Shown here: piece after piece, positions 42,701-56,060 of the stretch
Layout: every line of letters begins with the position of its first letter
Numbering within the stretch: the first letter of the stretch is position 1
From: Octopus vulgaris
Taxonomy: Eukaryota
NCBI GenBank assembly: GCA_951406725.2
Contig: OX597816.1
Location: 92,690,001-92,754,000 of the forward strand
Direction: 5' to 3'
Length of the DNA stretch: 64,000 nucleotides
Notes under the pieces: generated by a model
Database searches by the model: none
Seen by the model: the letters and a program-made list of their open reading frames with translations, nothing else
What the model was told of the DNA's origin: nothing
Program-made: the position numbers and the translations under genes

Positions 42701-42929
42701 TTGAATCTGCTAATCTTTTTTCTAAAATGTCAGTTGGTCTTCCAAATACGATGAGCACATAATTCTCAAATATATTTATTGACACAATGGAAGTGTAATA
42801 ACTTCTATTGTCAACGAAAGCTAATTGAATCTCTTAGCTGGCCTCTATATTTCCTCATTCTATTTTGTTCTGTATTTTAGATAAGGCGAAACGGAAAAGG
42901 AGACAGTTTTATTTTCTAAATTTTAGGTC

Positions 42930-43335
42930 TAGAGGATGGGCTATACTCAGAGCCTTCGTAAATCCTTCGAGACCTGTGATGCGGTTAATGTTCTCTGTGA
43001 ACTATTGCAAATGAACACCTTAGAGGGACACATGGACAAGGAAGGAAAACCAGAAGGATGTATAGTGGTTAGTATGGAGCTTGGTGGTAGTGTATAAAAT
43101 GAAGGTAGTAGAGTTGGTATGGTAATTCCTGAGAAGAGAAGGCAAGATCCCAGCCAGCTTCGAGAAGCAGATGTTATCATAGGCGTAGTAAAAAAGACAG
43201 AGACAAGTGACTGTATGCTAGTTAGTGAGACAGGGACTGCTGCGTGTCTGTAAGTGACCTTGTGCCAGTCGTTTGAATGACCTGGAGTTCAATGTATGCA
43301 ACAGGAGCACCGCCGCCCCAGGTATAGGAACTGTT
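42930..43335 (-). mobile_element. Possible LINE endonuclease-region remnant
   Basis: Composition shift and weak APE-like traces only. Confidence 0.3.
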
Positions 43336-43399
43336 GTGAGCTACACTTGAGCTTTGTGGAGTATCAATAATTTTTGTAGACTTGCGAATAATTTGATGG

Positions 43400-43735
43400 T
43401 CTGTAGTCCCGAAATCGAACTTTAGCTGAGAAAGTAACTTTAATACATATCAGTTTGAGAATGTTGATGATATCACAATATAAATCCTTCAAGTTATATT
43501 ATGGCATATATTAATTCTTTATACTGGTTAGTGATAATCTCTAATTAATATCTGCTAATTGCAGCTTAAGCCAGGAGCAATGTGCAACATAACCTAATGT
43601 GTTTTCTATAATGTTGAGAGTGTAATTATAGATGCAAGATATTTCGAATGCTGAGAAAAACAAAGTATACAACATACGTCAGTACACGCCAGCATCTCCA
43701 CAAGTAAAACTGATGCTGTTGTTCTATCGTCCTTC
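43400..43735 (+). pseudogene. Decayed protocadherin EC1 fragment
   Basis: LKPGAMCNIT*CVFYNVESVI...YFE; EKNKVYNIRQYTPASPQ resembles EIKV..DINDH.P.FP. Confidence 0.55.
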
Positions 43736-43740
43736 TCAGC

Positions 43741-43829
43741 TACTACTACTACTACCACCACCACCACCACCACCACTACTACTAGTACTACTACTACTAC
43801 TACTACCACCACCACCACCACCACCACTT

Positions 43830-43873
<44 letters not shown>
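43741..43873. repeat. (CTA)n/(CCA)n microsatellite
   Basis: Direct reading; a (TAG)n block also lies at 45740-45866. Confidence 0.97.
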
Positions 43874-43874
<1 letters not shown>

Positions 43875-44449
43875 GCATTGTTGTTGCTTGGATTACTGCT
43901 TGAGGTACTACTACTAATACATGGATTCCTGTGAATTAAATATGTTTAATGAAGAGGCAAATGAATTTACTGCCATCGCACCCAAAACAATATGTTACCC
44001 ATTCATTAGCAATATCCCTTGCCTTCCAGGTAATGCTAAACAAATCTCAATACAATGGTTACTTCCTTTTCTTTCATCATTTTTCACATACTGTTTTCAT
44101 ATTTTTTCCCCCATTTATTGAAATCTTTTCAAACACCTTAAATAATATCGTTATATATTTTTCTTTGCTAGAATTTAATGAAGTAATGTTTTCTTTATTA
44201 AATATCTGAACACTAACTTGCTTATTGTTTTTTACGAGGATGGCGGCCCTGAGTTATTATTTTCAGCCAGTTCTAGTTTATTATGCTAAAATGTCTTATA
44301 CATTTGCTTAGTGATTCTTCCATCACTAATTTGGTAAGTATAGTGAAGTTTATGTTTCACTGATCAAGGCTTAATGCAACAGAAATATATCTAGAATTGT
44401 TTTCCATACATAACGAAATAATTAAAATATTGTGAATCATGGGATAATA

Positions 44450-44666
44450 ATAATTTCAAATGTTGGAACAGGGCCAGAAATTTCCGGGGCGGGGTGAGTT
44501 GATTTCATCGACCCCAGTGCTCAACTGGTACTTATTTTATCCACCCCAAAAGAATGTAAGGCAAAATCGACCTCGGGGAAATCTGAAATCAAAATGTAAA
44601 GACGGACGAAATGCCGCTAAGCACTTTGTCCAGCATGGTAACGATTCTGCCAACTAGCCGCCTTTA
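44450..44666 (-). mobile_element. Full-length tRNA-derived SINE with 15-bp TSD
   Basis: TSD AATCATG(G/A)GATAATA at 44435-44449 and 44667-44681; homologous to the 49290 SINE. Confidence 0.88.
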
Positions 44667-44764
44667 AATCATGAGATAATATTGTTTTTTTCCGCGTAAT
44701 TATATCCTGTTAGTTCTTTTTTTTTTTAAAGCAATGTTTTAAATGTGTTAACGATAACTAAACA

Positions 44765-44920
44765 ATGCCTGGATTTGAAGAACCACTGCTAGGCTTTAGG
44801 AGAAAATGTCAATGTGCTGATATTCGTATCACTATTGCCTTTGTATTCTCAGGAAGTAAATGAAAGAAATATATTAAATTCTGTTTGAACACTTTACTAT
44901 GTTCTTCCGTTGATATTCTC
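44765..44920 (+). pseudogene. Decayed protocadherin EC1 fragment
   Basis: RTTARL*EKMSMC*YSYHYCLCIL resembles YTAQTLDAESLC.Y..ECF.I. Confidence 0.5.
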
Positions 44921-45289
44921 GGGAGGTGCTGAACTTAATTTAGCACTATATGTTAATAAAACATTTGTCATTATGCGGCGTGCACGTATCTTACATATAA
45001 TGTAATTGGATATTAATCAAAGGATCTATGTTTAATTTTGATTATGCATTCGCATTTTTTTCTTTTTATCTCTGTTTTTCAGGGATGTGTAGAAGATTGA
45101 GACAATTGAAGGTCGGTTTGCATGCTTTGCGAAATTCAGTTCAATGCTTCATTGATCTGAATTCAAATCCTAATGGAATTGACAGTATCATTATACATAT
45201 AGTTCTATAAAATCAATTCCATTGATTAAATATTTAATTTTTTCTTGTTATGTAATAGAAATATTACTTCTATATGAATATTAAATTTT

Positions 45290-45700
45290 TGAATATGTTT
45301 CTGTGATTGCGTCTCTTTCTCTATTTTTATGCTATGTGCTTATTTCAATGTTTTGAAAAAGAAAAAATATTGGAATCTGTTAGTCAATGAACATGACCCA
45401 AACTTTGTAATGTTTAGGTAACTGAACCAAAACTTCAAATGCTTAATTCATGCCAACTCAAACAAAACAAATATATCAGCTTTTGATTGTTTTCCTTGAT
45501 GCGAGACAAAAATAAAAAGAAACATTTGCAAAATTATTCGCTTAACTACTATTAATATTTTAAATAATCTTCAGCCAATATTTTCTCCGTAAATTGACGT
45601 ATCACTGAGTTATAACCATGATTCTTATTACAATTACTACATGCAATGTTTTATTTTAATTAACATCATATAATTCTCAAGAATACCATGAAATTGCATT
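45290..45700 (+). pseudogene. Decayed protocadherin signal-EC1 fragment
   Basis: IASLSLFLCY/YFNVLKK; 45482 FDCFP*CETKIKRNICKIIRLTTINILNNLQPIFSP*IDV resembles ECF...FIKIL.I..I.DVNDHQP.F. Confidence 0.7.
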
Positions 45701-45771
45701 AAAAAGAAAGCTTTCCGATGATTTAGATATTCTACTGCATGGTAGTAGTCCTGGTGGTGGAGGTAGTAGTG

Positions 45772-45830
<59 letters not shown>

Positions 45831-46063
45831 TGTAGTAGTTGTAGTAGTAGCAGCAGCAGCAGCAGCAAGTTATCTGTTATCCGAATAAAGCTGTTATGAA
45901 AGTAATGTTTCACTGATGCGGAATATAAAATGGATCCCGAATTAGAGAGCTACGATAATGAGTTCAAACTTCTTGGGGTGAAAGAGAGAGGGAAGAAAAG
46001 AATGGGAAAGAGAGAAATGCACATACTCACACATGTATGTACGTATGTATCTATGCATGCATG

Positions 46064-46102
<39 letters not shown>

Positions 46103-46379
46103 ATGTTTGTGTGTATGTATACAGATCGAATGATATATATACACACACACAAACACACAAATATATACTTACATTGTGTATGTCCGGATGTCATTTGATA
46201 GGCAGAGGCGATGGAGAGACGTTTAGAATGCGGCGCTATGTTTGCTCCAACTCTTTGTGATTTGAGATCAATTACCACCGAGGTCAACATTCGCTTTCAT
46301 CCAATATAAAGCACCTTCCCATTAATGCTGCTGAATCCCTCTCTACTTTCAGTTCTCACATTCTATTTATTCCACCATA

Positions 46380-46864
46380 AGGGGGAAATGGCTGAATGTT
46401 TAAGAAATTTACATCGCACTTCAGAGGTCTAGGTTTCGATCCTACTGTGTGGCATCCTGGAAATTATTTTTCTATAACCCCGGTTAAAGTTTATCATATG
46501 TGTGAAACTGGATAAATGGAAACTGTGTAGAAGCCCGTCGAATAAGTCTAACATCGTCATACTATCACGCTGATTCCACCTGAGAATTAAATAAAGTTAC
46601 AGTTGTCGAACATTCAGTCCATTTCAATGACATCGGTAGTTCGGCTGATCAAACAGCTGAAATCTCTGACATTATCCATTGTAATAGTGTCTAATCATAA
46701 GGTTACATCTGGGTGGGCTAATGATTCCTCCGATCATGCATTTCGAATCAATTTCATTCACCTCCTCTTTACATCCATCTTCTTGTGTCCAAAACCCGAC
46801 AGATTCCGAACTAATCACAACACCGAGTCCTTTACCAGAACGGCGGTACTCTGGAATACTCTTG
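46380..46864 (+). mobile_element. Decayed SINE pieces followed by a CR1/Jockey-like LINE 3' fragment
   Basis: tRNA-like head TGGCTGAATG...GGTTTCGATCC; RFRTNHNTESFTRTAVLWNTL. Confidence 0.55.
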
Positions 46865-46866
46865 TA

Positions 46867-48096
46867 TTAGGTTGTCAAGAAAGTTCTTGCGGTTTTTAAC
46901 CTTTAAATTTAAATGCACATATCTCGGTTAAAAAAAAAACTTTATTAATCGAAATAACATCAGAATCAACACACTTTTGCCAACGCGAAACAAGTTTATT
47001 TAAGCCAGTAGCGTAAAAATCCTGCGCTCTGATGGAAATGAAGTCGTTGAAGGCGTGTTTGGGATCGTCTTGGTTTTTGAAGCATTTCTCACGCAGGAAG
47101 TTGTCGAGATGCTTGAAAAAGTGGTAGTCGGTAGGCAAGAGGTCTGGTGAGTATGGCGAGTGAGGCAGAATTTCGAATCCCAATTCGTTCAACTTCTGCA
47201 TGGTCAGTTGTGCGACATGCGGCCGAGCGTTGTCGTAGAGAAGAATTGATCCTTTTCTATTGACCAATGCTGGCTGCTGTTGTCGGAGTTTCTTATATAT
47301 TTCATCCATTTGCTGACAGTACTCTTCTGCCGTCATGGTTTCGCCTGGATCTGATGCCTTCTTTTGGCGCAACTTTGGCTTCGTGAAGTGCCATGGAGCT
47401 TCGTCGGTATCCAACCACTGAGCTGAGCGTCGCCGGTTGTCGTGAAGAATCCACTTTTCATCACAAGTCACAATCCGATCGTGAAATGGGTCGTTCTTGT
47501 TGCGTAAAAGAAGGGAAGACGACACTTCAAAACGGCGATTTTTTTTTTTGGTTGTCGTTCAATTCATGCGGCACCCATCTCTCAAGTATTTTTGTTTTTC
47601 CAATCTCTTTCAAGTGGTTGGAAATTGTCGTATACGTTACGCCTAATTCAGAAGCAAGCTCTCGAACAGTTGTGCGTGGAAGGCTCTTAGTTGATCGTTC
47701 GTTGTCAACGTCTGATGGCTGGCCACTACGCTTATCATCTTCAAGACTCTCGTCACCGCTACGAAATTTCTTGAACCACCATTGTACTGTACGCTCATTG
47801 GTGGTTCCTGTGCCAAACGCATCGTTGATATCGCGAGCTGTTTCAGCAGCTTTTCGGCCTAGCTTGAACTGGAATAAGAAAATTGTGCGAATTTGCGTTT
47901 TGTCCATGTTGTATTCATCGTTCCGGAAAATAAGGCCTCATTATTCGAAAAGAAAAAAAGTAACACGATTAGATAGAACGAAAAACGGGCTTTAAAATGA
48001 TATATAAAGTCAAAGTAATGTATCGAAAATTAATTTGAAAATACATAATTTAAAACCAAAATTAAAAATTCCGCAAGAACTTTCTTGACAACCTAA
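46867..48096 (-). mobile_element. mariner (DD34D) transposon, near full length
   Basis: TIR TTAGGTTGTCAAGAAAGTTCTTGCGG at both ends; TA TSD at 46865-46866 and 48097-48098. Confidence 0.96.
46960..47907 (-). pseudogene. mariner transposase pseudogene (Hsmar1/cecropia-like)
   Basis: HTH, WVPHEL, IVTCDEKW, LYDNARPH, YSPDLLPTDYHFF; frameshift at the T-run near 47540 and an internal deletion between KKA and SDPGET. Confidence 0.93.
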
Positions 48097-48104
48097 TAAT
48101 ATGA

Positions 48105-48330
48105 ACTGGCAATAAACATTTACAATTGAGTAGACAGACGGCAATATAAAAAGGATTATAGTGATCTAACAGAACCCAATCAACAATTTTAGTCATAAGT
48201 TCATCCAAATATGAACTTATGAGCTTGACTCACTTAACTCGGTAGTTCTTCAATTTCTCCATTGTATGAAAGTTCATTAAGTTCAGTCCAAATACGTAAC
48301 ATTTAATGATGAAGGAGGACTAATCTATTT
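48105..48330 (+). pseudogene. Decayed protocadherin EC1 fragment
   Basis: TFTIE*TDGNIKR; VVLQFLH...SKYVTFNDEGG resembles QV.I.F.E.DG.G. Confidence 0.42.
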
Positions 48331-48689
48331 GAAGCAATATGTTTTATGAAATGCGAAAAAATAGTAACACTCGACTTAATTTATTATTACTAATATTTGT
48401 TATTCACTTCTATTAACAATCTCAGATCAGCTCTGATCCAGCAGACGTATGATGAGAGTTTTCCGCTGATAATCAATAGTTTATCAGACACAGTGTATCG
48501 CAGAGTACATTAACCGTTACGGAGCAAATAAAATGTTTCTTACCAACATCAGATACTTCAAGTATTGTTATTAAAATACAATTATTTTTATTACTACTGT
48601 TAATCACGATGCAACGTAGTTGTATTTATATTTGTCAGTATGTATGAATGCGTGCACACATTGTTTCTTCTTTTCATATTACGTTCCAA

Positions 48690-48960
48690 TGTAATCGTAT
48701 CCTACATCATCTGAAGGGTATTTGTAGGAAATTTTTATTCAAAACAAATGACTATTTTTTCAAAGTTATGTGGAAACAAAGCCGACTAGTGTGAATTTTC
48801 AGAAACACTTCTCATACTTTGAAATACATTTTCACCACGAATCCCGATATAATCGCAATTTACACCATCTGAAGATTTCTTCAGAAAATATCCATTTTCT
48901 GAGAGTTATGAGGAAACAAATTCGTGGTGAGCACACCCGTGCATGTATGCTGATTATAAT
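48690..48960 (+). pseudogene. Decayed protocadherin EC1 fragment
   Basis: VFVGNF; ORF 48770 HESRYN...IHFLRVMRKQIRGEH. Confidence 0.45.
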
Positions 48961-49289
48961 GAAACATAGAGCAAGAACTTGTTACTTGGTGTTTAAACGA
49001 AAGCTATCCATGATGGCATCCAGCTGGTGTCTTTCAAAATTACGGTTAAGATCATGTGACCATGAAGTTTGACTGAAATATTTATTTTATTTCTGCACTA
49101 AACAAACACTCAATTGCTCAGGAACTTGAATATTTCTTTGACTTGTTAATAAGGATTCATAAAAGATAACTCAATGAAAACTTGTGATGTGAATAGACTC
49201 AGACAATGACTATTTCATCCTTATTGCAAGAATTACCATTTTTTCTCTAGGATAAATTAAGGGGAAAGCGAATTATATCTTACCACTCA

Positions 49290-49525
49290 TTAGGCGGCGA
49301 GCTGGCAGACATGTAAGCACGCCGGGCGAAATGCTTAGCGGTATTTCGTTTGCCGTTACGTTCTGAGTTCAAATTCCGCCGAGGTCGACTTTGCCTTTCA
49401 TCCTTTCGGGATCAATAAATAAAGTACCAGTTTCGCACTGAGGTCGATGTAATCGACTTAATCCCTTTGTCTGTCTTTGTTTGTCCCCTCTATGTTTAGC
49501 CCCTTGTAGGCAATAAAGAAATATG
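49290..49525 (+). mobile_element. Well-preserved full-length tRNA-derived SINE (Meta-domain-like centre) with 14-bp TSD
   Basis: B-box GAGTTCAAATTCC; GTCGACTTTGCCTTTCATCCTTTCGGG..GTACC; TSD TATCTTACCACTCA at 49276-49289 and 49526-49539. Confidence 0.92.
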
Positions 49526-49599
49526 TATCTTACCACTCACTTTGTACAGTGTTCAAACTAAATGTGTTAGTATGCTCATGTGATGTATCCTTTTTCTAT

Positions 49600-50480
49600 A
49601 AATATTATATAAAATTGCTCAGTAGAAGAGTAACTATCATGTCAATAACGTTTTTATTAACCTTATCCAAATGGTATCTAGTTTGCTAATAATCTGTCTA
49701 AAAGTATGATCTTCAGACAGGTCATTAGCGTCTACATCAGAAAAATAAATCGCAACACAAAAGAGATTTAAATGAAATTTAAGAATTCTGATTTCATAAT
49801 ATCGTAACAAATGATGTCATAAAAGCTAAAATGAACTGCTTAAATGTTCTTAAGAAGTAAAGCTACAATCAAATTACTGTTCGCTTTTATCATTTGATCA
49901 CAATGAAAAAAAAAATCACAAGCGTCAGAATGATTGTGTCGATAAGATCCTGCAATTGTTTGCTGAGAATAAATGAACCAAACCAGTTTAAATTATTGAG
50001 AAATTACTTTAAACTTCTTTTTATTATTCTTTGTGCAATTCCAAATAAATTTAGCTGAAAGACAAAAGTTAACTTAAGCTGCTGCTAATACTTACCAAGG
50101 ATGAGAGTTTAATTGGCACGGGGAAAAAAAGAAGCAGTTTGAATTATTAGATATATTGTATGTCGATATGAACAAAAATATAAAAATATATGATGAAAGA
50201 GAATGTAGTTCTTGCACGTAACAAGGCAAAACAATAAAATGCTGGTAGACTACTATGGCAAAGATTAAATACGGGGAATAAGATTAAAAATGCCATGCAG
50301 ATCATGTAGCTAAACAATAGATCAAGAAATATGGGTTTAAAACATAACTGGCAATTTAGTATTAAATTACAGTTAATATAAACTCGAGTCATCGTTTAAA
50401 GTGGACATATTTCCTACACTGAACAGTTAAAATAGTCATTCACTATAACGTGAGCATCCACAATCGAATGAAATATGTGC
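49600..50480 (+). pseudogene. Two decayed protocadherin EC1 fragments
   Basis: SVEE, DLQTGH/STSEK/INRN (about 49620-49770); YMMKENV, ITGNLVLNYS*YKLES (about 50185-50400). Confidence 0.4.
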
Positions 50481-51109
50481 TATAATGTAGATGTTCATAA
50501 TAAAAGCATCTCGTTAAAAAACAGACGATATTTAATCTATTTCTTCCTGACATGCAAAGAAATTTCAGATAACTTATATTGTATCTAGTTCTTCAACGAA
50601 ATATCCTAGATTGTTGTTTTCTGTTAAACAGTACATTAGTTTTCAAATAAAGTGCTTTCTATTTATAAAACTTGAAACATGCTTCGAAGCATTTAAATTG
50701 AAGTATTTTCTTCATAAAAACAGCTTTTCTTTCATATGATTTTATAATATTTTAATAGTTATTAGAGATTCAAATAATTTTATTTTTGCCGAAAATTGTA
50801 TTGATTATTTTCCTTTTATATTTCTGTCGATGTCAACGCAGAACATTATCCATTAAAGTCTCCAAGCTTAGCTCTCACCTGTAATGGATTATTTTTTCCA
50901 CTTCAAACATAATTCTTTGACTGCTTTCCACTGGATTCGATTTATGGATTTAGGCTCCGGCAACACATATTTTTATTCTTGAAGCAACGAAAAATTACGC
51001 ACAGATATATGTATTTATGTAATTTATTGCAGAAGAATACAGTTATATACAAAGCCTGAAGTTCACACACACACACAGAGTCTATGAATATATATGTTTG
51101 TGCGTTTGC

Positions 51110-51142
<33 letters not shown>

Positions 51143-51145
<3 letters not shown>

Positions 51146-51345
51146 GGAATTTACAAAAAAAAAAAACAACGAAAGACGAAGACGGGTGTGTAGACGACAA
51201 ACAGATGCATTAGTTTAACGCTCGGGAAGTGAAAAAGTCTTTTACGTTTCGAGCCTACGCTCTTCAAGAGAAAGGAACACGGAAATAAGCAGAGAGAGAG
51301 AAAAAAATGGTTTAGCGGCTAGCGATCAAACATTGTTTAGTGAAG
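51143..51345 (-). mobile_element. Solo Penelope-type terminal repeat with degenerate hammerhead
   Basis: Minus strand CTTT-CTCTTGA-A-GAGC-GTAG-GCTC-GAAAC-GTA-AAAG (51274-51238), related to 6160-6270 but with a mutated core. Confidence 0.72.
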
Positions 51346-51685
51346 TGATAAATCAAGGTTTAGTGGCTAGCAATTAATCATATATACATATACGAGTTGG
51401 GGTGCCTGTGTCTGCATGTGTATGTATATTTATAACACTGCATTGAATGATTCAAGTGCGATTCAAGCGACTACCCCCGCGAAGTATTCATAGGGAACAA
51501 ATAATATAAACTTGTCTTTATCATAATTTCTCCCACATTTGCTTTATATACATAACCAGTAATACTACTAAGTATTAGTAGTATTCTACTATATAGAAGC
51601 AGACTGGATGATAATAATCGCCGTCAGATGACTGAAACAAGTAACAATAAAAGAATACATATATTTTTTTATTCTGTTACTTGTT

Positions 51686-51739
<54 letters not shown>

Positions 51740-51743
51740 TTTG

Positions 51744-52112
51744 TGGAGGCGCAATGGCCCAGTGGTTAGGGCCGCGGACTCGCGGTTTCAATTCCCAGAT
51801 CGAGCGTTGTGAGTGTTTATTGAGCGAAAGCACCTAAAGTTCCACGAGGCTCCGGCAGCGGTGGTGGCGAACCCTGCTGTACTCTTTCACCAACACTTTC
51901 TTCCTCACTCTTTCTTCCTGTTTCTGTTGTACCTGTATTTCAAAGGGCCAGCCTTGTCACGCACTGTATCACGCTGAATTTCTCCGAGAACTACGTTAAG
52001 GGTACACGTGTCTGTGAAGTACTCAGCCACTTACACGTTAATTTCACGGGCAGGCTGTTCCGTTGATCGGATCAACTGGAAACCTCGTCATCGTAACGGG
52101 CGGAGTGCCACG
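51744..52112 (+). mobile_element. tRNA-derived SINE
   Basis: A-box TGGCCCAGTGG, B-box GGTTTCAATTCC; GC-rich body; remnants of the same tail near 46560-46670. Confidence 0.85.
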
Positions 52113-52377
52113 ATGATATGTGTGTGTGTATGTTTAGAGAAACAATAAGTTCAAAAAGAACAATTCAAACTTTTTGAGTGTTCCAAAAAGAGAAAAAGAA
52201 TGATTTCTAATAAAAATTCATCATATTCATAAAAAACAGCCAGCGAAGTAATAAGAATATGAAAATAGTTGTTGAAGAATATCGTTATAGGTATAAATAT
52301 AGCATAAACAATTATAGAAAATGGAGGAGAAAAATATGTTGAGTCAAAAATTAGATTTAATACAAAATAGGATTCAA

Positions 52378-52476
52378 TACGTACGCGCGTTTCAAAGGAC
52401 AATACGAATATGTAAGAAAAAATGATAATCATAGTAATTATTTTAAAATTTATGCATTGTCATTCTCATCAGTGTG
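52378..52476 (-). ncRNA. Degenerate hammerhead with extended stem II in a Penelope terminal repeat
   Basis: Minus strand CTGATGA...GACAATGC/(AT-rich loop)/GTATTGTC...GAAACGCGCGTA; stem I only partly paired. Confidence 0.5.
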
Positions 52477-52879
52477 AAGAATTTTTGGAAGGACATCAAA
52501 AAAAGGTTTAATAAAATAAAGGAAATTAAAATACGATGCAATAAGGAAGAATACAAATGGGGTAATAGGGAAAAATCGAATATTTACAAGCAAGTTGTAA
52601 AAGGGAAAAATAACAGTAATAATAATAGTGAGAGAGACGAAAGAGAAGAAAAGACAAACATATCAATGTGTATGCACGTCTATATGTGCAGTAAACTATA
52701 ACATAGAAAATAAGAATAAAAATCTAACGGATATGTTTTAAAAAATGGTAACAGGTCGAGGTATAATGTAAACAGGGCCTCGTGTGTATAGTAAAATATA
52801 ACGTAACACGTGCACTAGCAGAAAAAAAACATAGAGAGTTATACATTAATATTGAAAAACGAATATGTATATCTATATA

Positions 52880-52918
<39 letters not shown>

Positions 52919-53319
52919 TACTCGAGGCTAAAAGAGATAGGCAAGACTATGTTTGAAAAAAGTTACAATATTCAAGTGAACATGTACATACAAGCAGAGA
53001 AAAACCAAAGAGAACTTAGAAAAAGAAAACACATCGATCACAGTCAAGACCGGTCGGTGTATTCAAGAGAATTACTTTACTCAAAAAACTAGCCCGTGGT
53101 AGGGGAGACAATTAGAAGAAAGTAGGAACAAAAAGGAATATATGAAAGAGAGAATTAAAATAAACTTACAAGAAAAAACGTATACACTTAATACATAAGG
53201 ATATACAGTCATACACACATATATCATACACACATACACAACACACATATAAACGAACAAAAAACGAGTAAACACGTTCCAGAAAGAGTAAATATAGAAA
53301 CGATCCTGATCAGTCTCCA

Positions 53320-54560
53320 TGTGGCCAACCTCTACACAAACATGGTCTTTGGAGTAAAATTAAAAGAAGTAAAATTCTGGATACACAGAATACAGGAGAA
53401 ATTTCCTCAAATATTTATTCTAGAAGAATTATGGTCTGGTCTAGAAAAGAACTAGTTCTTTAATAACCAATATTATCTTCATATATAAAGGATGCTGATT
53501 GCCGCAATAGTTGGCCCCACGATTGCAACACAGGTGACTGGGTTCTATGCCCGGCTTGGAATTACTTTTAATGAGCATTTCCAATCCCAACTGAACATGA
53601 CTCCTGGGCGACTGTTTAACATTTTGAAACAGTGGTATGAGAGATCTTACAAAATCCCTGAAATTGATAAATAGTGTTCATGAATCGATTCAATTCTCTA
53701 TAGAAATGAATGAAAGGGAACTTCTGTTTTTGACATTTTATTAATTAAGGAAAATGAGGTAATTAATACGGATTTCTACTACAAAGACGGGGAGAAACAT
53801 CAGAACTTAGATTTTAGATCTTGTTACTCGCTGAATGTTAAAAGAAATGTCCCTTTTAACATGACAGACGTAAATTATCAACAGACGAGAGAGTCGACTA
53901 ACAGAACTAAAACTATTCTTTCAGAAACATTGTTACACTCAAAACCAAAGTAAAAGAGGTCTCAATCTCGAACTGACGAAAAATTCCCACGATGAAGGAG
54001 AAAATATACGCAAAATCATAAATATCACATTTGTAGTCACCTATAATCTTAGAAACTATAACATCTTACATGCGGCTAAATGCCACCTACCGATATTACA
54101 ACATTCCCGAAATTTCATATAAGTAATTAAAGAATCAGAGCTGAAAGTAACCACGAAACTTTTAACTCTTAACAAAGTCCAAATTCACATGAAGAGATAT
54201 TATAGAGACTTTCATTATGAAACTTGTAAATTAATTGAACATGGCAAAACCAAAAATTCAAGAATGGAAAGGAATGAAAGTTAATGCAAATAGGAATAGT
54301 AAAACAAAAACGAAATCGTTTACTACATCAATGCCCACGATATAAGGAGAATTATATCGGACAAACAAGCTAAAACTTAATACAGCAGGTTTAAGTTTAT
54401 AAGCAACAAATCAAAGCTTCATCTCTTAGAAATGTTCAGTGAGTGAACTGCTAAAGTTAGTGCAAATGGAAAATTAGATACATCATTTTCACATTAAAGG
54501 AAGAAAACGATCAACTCCGAAGAACACTTTATAAGAAATAGTCAACACCAACTACTAAAA
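53320..54560 (+). mobile_element. Decayed Penelope-like element (RT and GIY-YIG)
   Basis: INTDFYYKD...LDFRSCYSLNVKRNVPFNM; FVVTYN; ENYIGQT; KQQIK. Confidence 0.8.
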
Positions 54561-54819
54561 CAACTGCCTCTACACGAAATTCTTGACAACACGTGTATTT
54601 GAAAAGCTAAAACCAGCGAAAAACGCTTAATACAACACAAAAACTTTCATCCATAACGTCTGTGCCATTCAGTTTCGTTTTTAGACAATTTATTGATCAT
54701 GACATATTATTTTAAGTTAAGAAAAATCTTTCGAATTCGGTGACTGTATCAAGAGTTTTTTCTAAAGACTTTTCTAAATATGCACACATATTTATCTGCA
54801 GCACACACACACATACACA

Positions 54820-54970
54820 CTCATATTCCATTGTCAATGAATGTCTAGTTACTGGCTGGAGGTTCACCAGCTCATATTCCATCATCGAATTTGCGCAGTG
54901 TTAGAAGCTAAGATATTCATCTCTCAAATGACTGATTCTATACAATTATAAATACATTTGAATGATCGTC
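54820..54970 (+). pseudogene. Decayed protocadherin EC1 fragment
   Basis: NECLV; 54898 VLEAKIFISQMTDS resembles ILEIKVIIEDVND. Confidence 0.55.
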
Positions 54971-55199
54971 AGTACTTTTTGCTCGAAGTATCAGTTAAGA
55001 ATAAACAATGACTGTTTGTTAAATGCTAAGTTTAAATACTTCAATAGCTTGCGCCTCCATATTCGATTGAATCTTGAGACTAACTTATGCTTGTGTATGT
55101 AAATATAACTGTCTGTAATATTGTAAATATAAACATAGCTCTAGTTTACAACTAAGATTTTTTTTTCAGAGTTCTTTAAAGTTTTGTAATTCTTATTCT

Positions 55200-55570
55200 A
55201 AAAGTTTTACTTTATTTAAACTATAAGTTTTATTCGTATTATTCTTAACGTTTCCCGTGTTTATTTTGAAAGATTTTTGCCTGCGAATCAATTACAATAT
55301 TAAAGTAATTTGCGAAGGCTAGCAATTGTAGCTGATTCCAATTTTCCTATATGTGGCGAAGTGTCCAAACTAGCAAATGAACGCTTCCAGTCTATAAATA
55401 CAGTTAACTAAAGTAAACCTCATCCATCAACAACTTTAATAACATTATTGAGACCTGCCTTATATATATACTTGTTCCTAGAATCTACGCTACTATGTCA
55501 ACTATAACTAACTATAGTATAGCAGTTATGTCTCTGAAAAACACTTCGAAATATTGTGCTCGTGTACATA
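55200..55570 (+). pseudogene. Decayed protocadherin signal-EC1 fragment
   Basis: 55275 FCLRINYNIKVICEG; 55322 AIVADSNF resembles C.DITYHV / DIAADTH. Confidence 0.55.
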
Positions 55571-55721
55571 TCTTTAATATGGCGTATTAAGTGCAGCTAA
55601 CACTAAAAATCTATAGTGGGTAGTAAAATCCATTAAAGACTGTTAATGAAAAGTTAACTGTATAATATCATCTAGAATCCCTTTCAACAATACTTTACTT
55701 AATCCGAAGGTATATCCATGA

Positions 55722-56060
55722 GTTGCTCCAATGCGTTATGCTTACTATGACGGTTTCATCGCCCAGCCCACATCTTGGACATGCCGTTGGCACTGACACT
55801 CCGTGCCTAGATAACTTATCGCGAACAGGTAAAGCGTTCCTGTAGCACCGTCAGGTCAGGGATCTTTGGTGATTATCCAAATACTGCGGCCAGAAAGATT
55901 TTAGAACAGGTTGGCAAGTTGGTCGCGGATAGAATTCCTCCGCTAGCAGATTCCACACTTTGTCACCCTCCTTTTATCCACATTTCATTTGAAGCAACGA
56001 GGCTTAATTCTCTCAACGGCTACTCTCATGGTTAGCCCCTCCCCGATAAACACCCTATCG
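55722..56060 (-). mobile_element. Tx1/L1 ORF2 zf-RVT fragment
   Basis: RSLT*RCYRNALPVRDKLSRHGVSVPTACPRCGLGDETVI. Confidence 0.82.

Noticed and set aside
47393-47995. 200-aa plus-strand ORF
   Set aside because: Antisense shadow of the mariner transposase
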